In this document: positions 33,530 through 39,256 of the stretch, one piece after another
How the letters are laid out: each line of letters starts with the position of its first letter
Numbering within the stretch: the first letter of the stretch is position 1
Virus record (IMG/VR): IMGVR_UViG_3300011336_000149
Location: 1-39,256 of that record
DNA: 39,256 nt
DNA from: a virus
Lineage: Duplodnaviria; Caudoviricetes
Direction: 5' to 3' (one strand)
The notes under the pieces: model-generated
What the model was told of the DNA's origin: nothing
Database searches by the model: none
What the model saw: only the letters and a program-made list of their open reading frames with translations
Translations under genes and position numbers: made by a program

Positions 33530-36187
33530 TTACGCGGGAAGATATTTATCAGCGCGAGAGTTTGCCGCTACTTTGTTTTTGCCTGTGGTCTTGCCCCGTG
33601 CTTTTTGAACACGATCCATCATGGCGTAAAGTTTCTTAGCCCCTGCATCTGTAGAGCCGTTACCCAACTCAGACACGATGCGTGCAGGTACCACGAACTC
33701 ACCATCGGCAAGACGTGCGGGTTGTTGTTTAGCGCCAATGGTTGCAGGGATGCTGTCAGACACACCATCGCCGGGGCCTTTGAGCAAACGACCGCCATCT
33801 GAGTAACCACCTAGCGTACCCAACCCACCAAGGGCGTAACCCATCATGCCCCCGCCAGCAGCCAACTCTTTGCCAGTAGCGTCGTATCTCTTACCATTGC
33901 CAGCCGCGTAAGTTCCATCGTCTTGCAACACTGCTGTGTAGGTTTGTGTGGATTCGCCGGAAGAATCTACGATGTCAATAGTTGGGGCTTTACCTGCTTT
34001 TGCCGCTGTAGCTGCGGCAGTGCTTGCTTCTGAATTTTTCTGTTTAAGCGTCTTTGGCTCCACGTATTGTGGGTTTTTCACCATCTTGCCACCCACGTTG
34101 ATAAACTTCTTCTTTGTAGGATCTGCTGCGTAACCAAGCACGGCCTCTTCGTATGGCTTCATGATTTCAGTCGCACGAGATTTGGATGGGTATTTTGCCC
34201 CAGCCTTACCAATCAGGTAGTTGTAAGCATCCAATGAATCGTCGGTTTGCTTGTTGTACGTTTTGTCATGTTCAAGCGCTGACAGAACCACAGGAGAAAC
34301 GTAACCCGTGCTACCACCGCCAGCAGTGTAAGCGTTTGTCAGTTCAGTGATACCTGAGTATCCACCATAGGGGCGACCGGGCAAATTGGGATGAACTGTG
34401 ACTGTGCCGTCATTATTAAACGTCAGATCACCGGGGTTGTTGACGTTACCGTATGGGTTGGTCGTGCCGGGGGGCGCATTGGTTTGTGGATTAGTTGGCA
34501 GTATTGTGGTTGTTGGGGGGCCACCTACCAGCGTGCTTATACCTGTACCGCCTGTACCTGTTGTAACTTTCTTTTCCGCGTCTTTGACTCTTTGTATGCG
34601 ATCACGAATTTCATTTTTGGATATACCAAAAGCCTGAGCCATGTCATCTACGGTATACCCATTGGTATCCATAAATTTAACCCATTGCTTGTCGTAGCCA
34701 AGTTTAGGGTCTGCGGCTATTTTGTCTCTTGCTATTTGGTCAGTTAAAGCGTACGCGCCTTTGTCTAAGTTATAGCCCTTTTGGAGCATTTCCTTAGTCC
34801 AACCAGCATACTTGGGGTTGTTTGCTAAAGCGGCTGCATAGTACTCGTCAGGGCTAATCCCCAACGCATTCCATTGGTTGTAAATACCGAGCGTGCCGGA
34901 GCCGCCTTTATCCCACGTGGAATCCGTAAATCCGCCGGTCAAACCTGCAAGATAGCGATTGACAGCATTGGGGTCTATCTTAGAATCTATGATTGCTTGC
35001 TTTACTTGAGCATCTGTAGCATTTTTATTCTGTGCAAACCAATCACCAATTTGCTGGTCACTGTACTGAGTGTAAGCAGGGGCACCACCACCACCACCAC
35101 CACCCCCACCGCCTAGGTTGCCTGTACCATCACCACCAGCAGCTATGTCAGCCTTCATGCCTGCTACGCTACCACCAAAACTAGGGGGCGTGTATAGCTC
35201 CAAACCTTTAATACCAGAGGTGTCAAAACCTTTGTATGTGTCTGCCACATCAGCGGCAGTAATCATATTGGCGCGTGCAATTTCATTGATTTTACCAACG
35301 TCGTTTGCCGCGTACGCTGCTTCAAGCGCGGCCTTAGCTTCGCCACCAATAGCGTAACCGGGTACAGCACCGCCATCAGCCAAAGCCACAATACCGCCTT
35401 CAGCACCACGGTAAGCATCTTGGAAGTTACGGCTACCCCAATCAGTAGCCAACACTGGAGCCAAAGCGCGGGGGGCTTGTGGGCGATCACCTGCCACATA
35501 CTGACGAATGTACGCAGGGTTAGTGTTAGTTGGCATCTTGGTGGTTGTAGGAACCATCATGTCAGCCATAATTGGGGCTGCCGCCATGCCCAAAGCCATT
35601 TTGTTATCTTTAGCAAAATTCAATGCGTCCATCGGGGATGCTGAAGCGGAAGAGAACCCTGCCGATAACTTATCTGCCATAGGCAATTGACTTGCGCCTT
35701 GCAGTCCAGCGGTACGAAGATCGTTTACTTGTTTGGCGTAATCTGCTATTTGCGTTTGTGAAGCGCCCTCGGCTAACGTAGGCATGTTTGCAGAAATTTG
35801 CCCTTGCGCCAACTCCCCAGCGCCCAACCCCGCCAAACTTTCACCAATACCAAAGCCACCATACGCGCCCAAACCAGCCATCAAGCCTTTAGACAGGCTA
35901 CCCGTAGCAATACCGGTGATACCACCCACAAGAGCGCCAGCGCCCATAGCAGAGCTAACAAGGCCAAAACCTGCGGGGCCAAGTGCAAAACCTGCCAACA
36001 TTGGCAACAAAGATTTTAGGAAGTTAGCTTCGGGTAAACCCGTATCTGGATTGACAGTCAATGACCCACCATGTTTCATGGCCAAAGCCTGTAGCCCATG
36101 CACTTCGCTGGGCGTCATGTGAACAAGCATTGAATCGCCGTTGCGACCCTTGGAGGCCATGTCAGTGGCTAGTGCGTGAAGGCTCAT
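33530..36187 (-). CDS. Putative internal virion / ejection protein
   Basis: N-terminal GRNGDSMLVHM...NPDTGLPE, glycine-zipper hydrophobic stretch, C-terminal GPGDGVSDSIPA...LADGEFVVPA; GAGG RBS. Confidence 0.78.
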   Translation of the reverse strand: MSLHALATDMASKGRNGDSMLVHMTPSEVHGLQALAMKHGGSLTVNPDTGLPEANFLKSLLPMLAGFALGPAGFGLVSSAMGAGALVGGITGIATGSLSKGLMAGLGAYGGFGIGESLAGLGAGELAQGQISANMPTLAEGASQTQIADYAKQVNDLRTAGLQGASQLPMADKLSAGFSSASASPMDALNFAKDNKMALGMAAAPIMADMMVPTTTKMPTNTNPAYIRQYVAGDRPQAPRALAPVLATDWGSRNFQDAYRGAEGGIVALADGGAVPGYAIGGEAKAALEAAYAANDVGKINEIARANMITAADVADTYKGFDTSGIKGLELYTPPSFGGSVAGMKADIAAGGDGTGNLGGGGGGGGGGAPAYTQYSDQQIGDWFAQNKNATDAQVKQAIIDSKIDPNAVNRYLAGLTGGFTDSTWDKGGSGTLGIYNQWNALGISPDEYYAAALANNPKYAGWTKEMLQKGYNLDKGAYALTDQIARDKIAADPKLGYDKQWVKFMDTNGYTVDDMAQAFGISKNEIRDRIQRVKDAEKKVTTGTGGTGISTLVGGPPTTTILPTNPQTNAPPGTTNPYGNVNNPGDLTFNNDGTVTVHPNLPGRPYGGYSGITELTNAYTAGGGSTGYVSPVVLSALEHDKTYNKQTDDSLDAYNYLIGKAGAKYPSKSRATEIMKPYEEAVLGYAADPTKKKFINVGGKMVKNPQYVEPKTLKQKNSEASTAAATAAKAGKAPTIDIVDSSGESTQTYTAVLQDDGTYAAGNGKRYDATGKELAAGGGMMGYALGGLGTLGGYSDGGRLLKGPGDGVSDSIPATIGAKQQPARLADGEFVVPARIVSELGNGSTDAGAKKLYAMMDRVQKARGKTTGKNKVAANSRADKYLPA

Positions 36188-36221
36188 TTTTGCCTCTCAA
36201 AATGGGGGTTGTTTGATAATA

Positions 36222-36869
36222 TCATGTTGGTAGCGCGGAGACAAATGAAAGTGTAGCTACGACGGAAGCGGTTGAGGGTTTAGTCGGCGTGCCTGAAGCC
36301 GCATACGTTTCTATGGTTACGTCCACATTTGTAGTTGACCAGTAGATTTGGACGTAGTCGCCTGCGTTCATGTTTAGAAAGTAGTTCCAGCCTTTAATGT
36401 CGTGGAACGGATCGCCGGGGTTTTTACGAGCAGGCAAACCGACTTTACCCGTGGAGCCTGTGATGTCCGTGCCGTTTTGTTTGAGCCAGATAAAAATATC
36501 GTGTGGTGCGTTGCCAGCGTTTTGCACCTGCACACTAAACTGCAAGTTGTAAATACCTGCGTACTCCACCGTAATCTTTGACCCTGTTTGTAGCGACACA
36601 GAGTTAGAAAAATCTGTGGTGCTCAGCGCCATTACAGTCGCTGTATTAACTGTCGCGGTCTGGCTGGCAAAGTCTGAAAACGCTCCGTACGGAAACGCCA
36701 AATACCTACCGCCAGCATTGCCTGTAATCTCTGTAAGCGCATTTTGCAGTTGATTAAAGTACAGACGCAAAATGTTTGTAAACTGATCCTGATACCGGCG
36801 CTCGTACTGATCCGTACCCAGTGGCAAGTTGGGCGGTGCGGGGTTAATGATCCTGTTTTGTGTTGTCAT
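36222..36869 (-). CDS. Beta-rich virion structural protein (tail-associated)
   Basis: Coupled to the upstream tail gene; AGIYNLQFSVQ...GDYVQIYW beta-sandwich-like pattern. Confidence 0.72.
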   Translation of the reverse strand: MTTQNRIINPAPPNLPLGTDQYERRYQDQFTNILRLYFNQLQNALTEITGNAGGRYLAFPYGAFSDFASQTATVNTATVMALSTTDFSNSVSLQTGSKITVEYAGIYNLQFSVQVQNAGNAPHDIFIWLKQNGTDITGSTGKVGLPARKNPGDPFHDIKGWNYFLNMNAGDYVQIYWSTTNVDVTIETYAASGTPTKPSTASVVATLSFVSALPT

Positions 36870-38929
36870 TAACGTCTGCCATCTGGTCGAATATCAATAC
36901 GTGGAGCGCCCAACTGCCAGACCGTGTTGATCTGGTTAGAGCTAATCTTAAAGATCATCTGGCGACCACGCAGGCGCGTGAATATCATGCCGGTGAATTC
37001 TTCGGTAATGTTGTACGCAGCCGATTTACGCACTGGCTGTGAGGCATCGCTTGTAACCCCCGAGCCTGAGTTGGCTAAACCGTAAAGCTCCATGGTCACA
37101 GTAGGCTGTACACCTGTTGGGGAGATAGTGGCGTTCTCAAAGGTCAGATCAGGAAGGACGCGCCACACAAAACCAAAATTATGTCCGTCGCCAATGTCAA
37201 ACTCTGAGGATGAAATGTAGGCATCAATAGCAGCGGTTGTTCCGGTTTCATTGTTGTTTAGCCCATTCTCGTGATACACCAAATTACTGCTGTACGTAGC
37301 TGCCAAGGGGTAGTCACTCAAACCAGAATCCAGCCACGCTGTTCGTGCCATCGTGCCGTAGTACCAGATTTTTTCTAGGTAGTTATAAATGACGTAACGG
37401 TCAATGGTAAATGAGTTGGCAGAGCAGTAGAACCACCAGACTTCATTGAAGCCTTCGTTAGTACCCGCAAACACCTGCGCGGCTTGGGATTGGTTAAAGT
37501 CTTGGAACACGTAACGACGCAAGTCGCAGTTAAGCGTTTGCACACGGCCATCGTAAGAGTAGAACTTGTCCACGCCCATCCAGTAAACAATACCAGAGGC
37601 AATTACAGCAGCGTTGGGGCCTTGAATTGAAATGTTATCGCCAAGCAACTGCGGTGCCCAGACATAAGGGGGGCCTAGGTATTGCAGTGAATACACAGAT
37701 GAGTCGGTAAACACCAGCACCTCTTGACGGGTCTGGACTGTAGCCACAATCTCTGAGCCGTGAGACACCCGCACAAAACCAGCTTGGTTAGTGGGGTCAG
37801 GCGTCCAGTTATAAATATCGTCTTGCGCTGACCAACGAATCAGCATGGGGTCAAGCACTGCACTGCCGTAGTCGTTACAGCCAAACACAATGACAAACCT
37901 AGATGTATCAGACACCACTATGCTGTTCTGGACAGTCGGCACGTCAACAATAGTAGACACTGCGCCCGTGCCTGAAGAAGTTGTGTTAACTGCCGCCCCT
38001 GCGCTATCTAATAATTTAAACGTCAAACCGTTGACTTCAAACACATAGTACGTAGTACCTGCTGTAATACCCGTTGGCAAAGAACCACCAGAGAACTTAA
38101 GCGCTGCACCTTCTGTGTAGAGGACTGTTGATGTTACGACAGTAGGAGAAGCATTTGTAAACGACACCGTACCGCCAAGAGAGTTAAGCAATACGCCACG
38201 GGTTGTCAAACCGCCTGTTGCATCCCAGTAGTAAATACCGCCACCACGGGGGCCAAAAACCAAATCTTCGCCGTAGTTAATTTGGCTCCAAAGCTGTAGG
38301 CTAGTACTAGTTGTAGAACCTGTACCCCAAGCACCAGCGCCCCAAGCACCAGCGCCCCAGCCAGTCAAAGGTACAGCATACGCAGGGCCAGCGTTAAGTT
38401 GGTACGCCGCAACAACAGCCGAGCCACCGTAAGAACCTGCTGCTAGGGCTGTAGGGGTGGTGATTGTGTAGGAGTTAGTATTAACTACTGTGATCTGGTA
38501 CTCAGCGTTTAGCGTAGAAGCGTATGTACCCGTAACACCGCTAAAAGTAACAAACGTACCTGTCGTAGCGCCGTGAGATGTAGCCGTCACTGTGACTGTA
38601 GTTGTACCGTTGGCTGTGAAAGGGTCTGTACCTAGCGTAGTTGTTGTGCGGATGGGCGTGATGTCATAGTACGCACCACCATTTTGAATGTAGAACTTTG
38701 TATTAGTGCCGACGCCTACTAGGTTAAAGTTGCCAAGCGTTGTCCAGTTCCAAAGCGAGCGGCACACACCGTTGTAAGTGTTTGAAGAAATGCGTTGCCA
38801 GCCACCAACAATCTCAGGGTTGCCTTGACGGAAACGGATTTTGTCGCACTCGTACCAACCGCCTTCGGTCGTATACCTAGTGTTCTCCCGGTTGACGCCC
38901 GGCTTAAACAGAACTTTTTGTAATGGCAT
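36869..38929 (-). CDS. Tail tubular / head-closure (P22 gp10-like stabilisation) protein
   Basis: 686-aa beta-propeller-like composition (IRWSAQDD...W, YWMG...FY.YDG, EVWWFY) with Thr-rich inserted domains; genomic position. Confidence 0.72.
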   Translation of the reverse strand: MPLQKVLFKPGVNRENTRYTTEGGWYECDKIRFRQGNPEIVGGWQRISSNTYNGVCRSLWNWTTLGNFNLVGVGTNTKFYIQNGGAYYDITPIRTTTTLGTDPFTANGTTTVTVTATSHGATTGTFVTFSGVTGTYASTLNAEYQITVVNTNSYTITTPTALAAGSYGGSAVVAAYQLNAGPAYAVPLTGWGAGAWGAGAWGTGSTTSTSLQLWSQINYGEDLVFGPRGGGIYYWDATGGLTTRGVLLNSLGGTVSFTNASPTVVTSTVLYTEGAALKFSGGSLPTGITAGTTYYVFEVNGLTFKLLDSAGAAVNTTSSGTGAVSTIVDVPTVQNSIVVSDTSRFVIVFGCNDYGSAVLDPMLIRWSAQDDIYNWTPDPTNQAGFVRVSHGSEIVATVQTRQEVLVFTDSSVYSLQYLGPPYVWAPQLLGDNISIQGPNAAVIASGIVYWMGVDKFYSYDGRVQTLNCDLRRYVFQDFNQSQAAQVFAGTNEGFNEVWWFYCSANSFTIDRYVIYNYLEKIWYYGTMARTAWLDSGLSDYPLAATYSSNLVYHENGLNNNETGTTAAIDAYISSSEFDIGDGHNFGFVWRVLPDLTFENATISPTGVQPTVTMELYGLANSGSGVTSDASQPVRKSAAYNITEEFTGMIFTRLRGRQMIFKISSNQINTVWQLGAPRIDIRPDGRR

Positions 38930-38932
38930 CGG

Positions 38933-39256
38933 TCAATCCAGTAGGGCGCACTCAGCAGTGCGGCGTTTTAACAAGCCCGGCAGTACCTTGCCGCCACCTT
39001 TAGTCCAGAGCATCAGTTGTTCTTTTGCCCCTTCCCAATCATTGGCGTTGATTTTCCTCTTTAATGTGGAAGTCTGCAAGCGTCCAGTGCCTAAGTTATA
39101 GCAGAAATCTACGATGGCATTGCACTTACGAACGTCAGTAATCAGGCCGGGGCAGTTACGCAAGACACCGGGCAGATATGTATGCTCAAGCTCGATCATT
39201 AGAAGCGCCCTTGCCGTGGGTTCATCCATCGGAGCGTCTTCTAGAGTTACCTTGCG
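38933..39256 (-). CDS. Phage lysozyme (GH24-like endolysin), 5'-truncated by the window edge
   Basis: AIVDFCYNLG.G....STL.RKIN...W.KGGGKVLPGL.KRR.AE; the frame stays open to 39256. Confidence 0.9.
   Translation of the reverse strand, partial: RKVTLEDAPMDEPTARALLMIELEHTYLPGVLRNCPGLITDVRKCNAIVDFCYNLGTGRLQTSTLKRKINANDWEGAKEQLMLWTKGGGKVLPGLLKRRTAECALLD

Noticed and set aside
35083-35112. (CCA)n microsatellite
   Set aside because: It simply encodes a poly-Gly linker in the 885-aa protein.
2594-39101. Numerous antisense or alternate-frame ORFs overlapping the long genes
   Set aside because: They are shadow ORFs of well-supported CDSs, with no RBS or motifs.
1-39256. tRNA genes, introns/inteins, reverse transcriptase/DGR, integrase, stop-codon recoding
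   Set aside because: I saw no cloverleaf with a T-loop consensus, and no RT, recombinase or intein motifs. Polymerase, helicase and primase are uninterrupted, and genes tile cleanly under the standard code. This was a by-eye scan only.

Overview
This is a 39-kb segment of a tailed dsDNA phage genome. The ejection proteins and a gp10-like tail protein suggest a podovirus-type virion; a proteobacterial host is inferred from near-consensus sigma70 promoters and gene content. The + strand (1-22.3 kb) begins with a non-coding repeat/AT-rich end region. An early region follows, with small proteins, an M28-type peptidase and an AAA+/vWA-metallopeptidase module. The replication module has DUF3310, VRR-NUC, family A DNA polymerase, Cas4-like exonuclease, HNH, SNF2 helicase, SSB-like protein, HTH proteins and primase-helicase, and ends at an intrinsic terminator. 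The - strand (22.3-39.3 kb) carries late genes: a partial lysozyme, a tail/stabilisation protein, three ejection-type proteins and a 2854-aa polyvalent protein with L,D-transpeptidase, HExxH peptidase, ART-like and LPD38-like domains. The most notable unexplained signals are non-coding. (i) Six dispersed intergenic copies of the palindrome TTCCTAC-N2/3-GTAGGA(A) punctuate the early region. (ii) A ~600-nt hairpin-dense stretch with no credible ORF lies behind the best promoter in the window and is bracketed by two of these palindromes; it is a candidate large structured RNA. (iii) Further structured intergenic RNA candidates lie at about 15.6, 18.9 and 22.3 kb. Family assignments come from motif recognition by eye, not from database searches.
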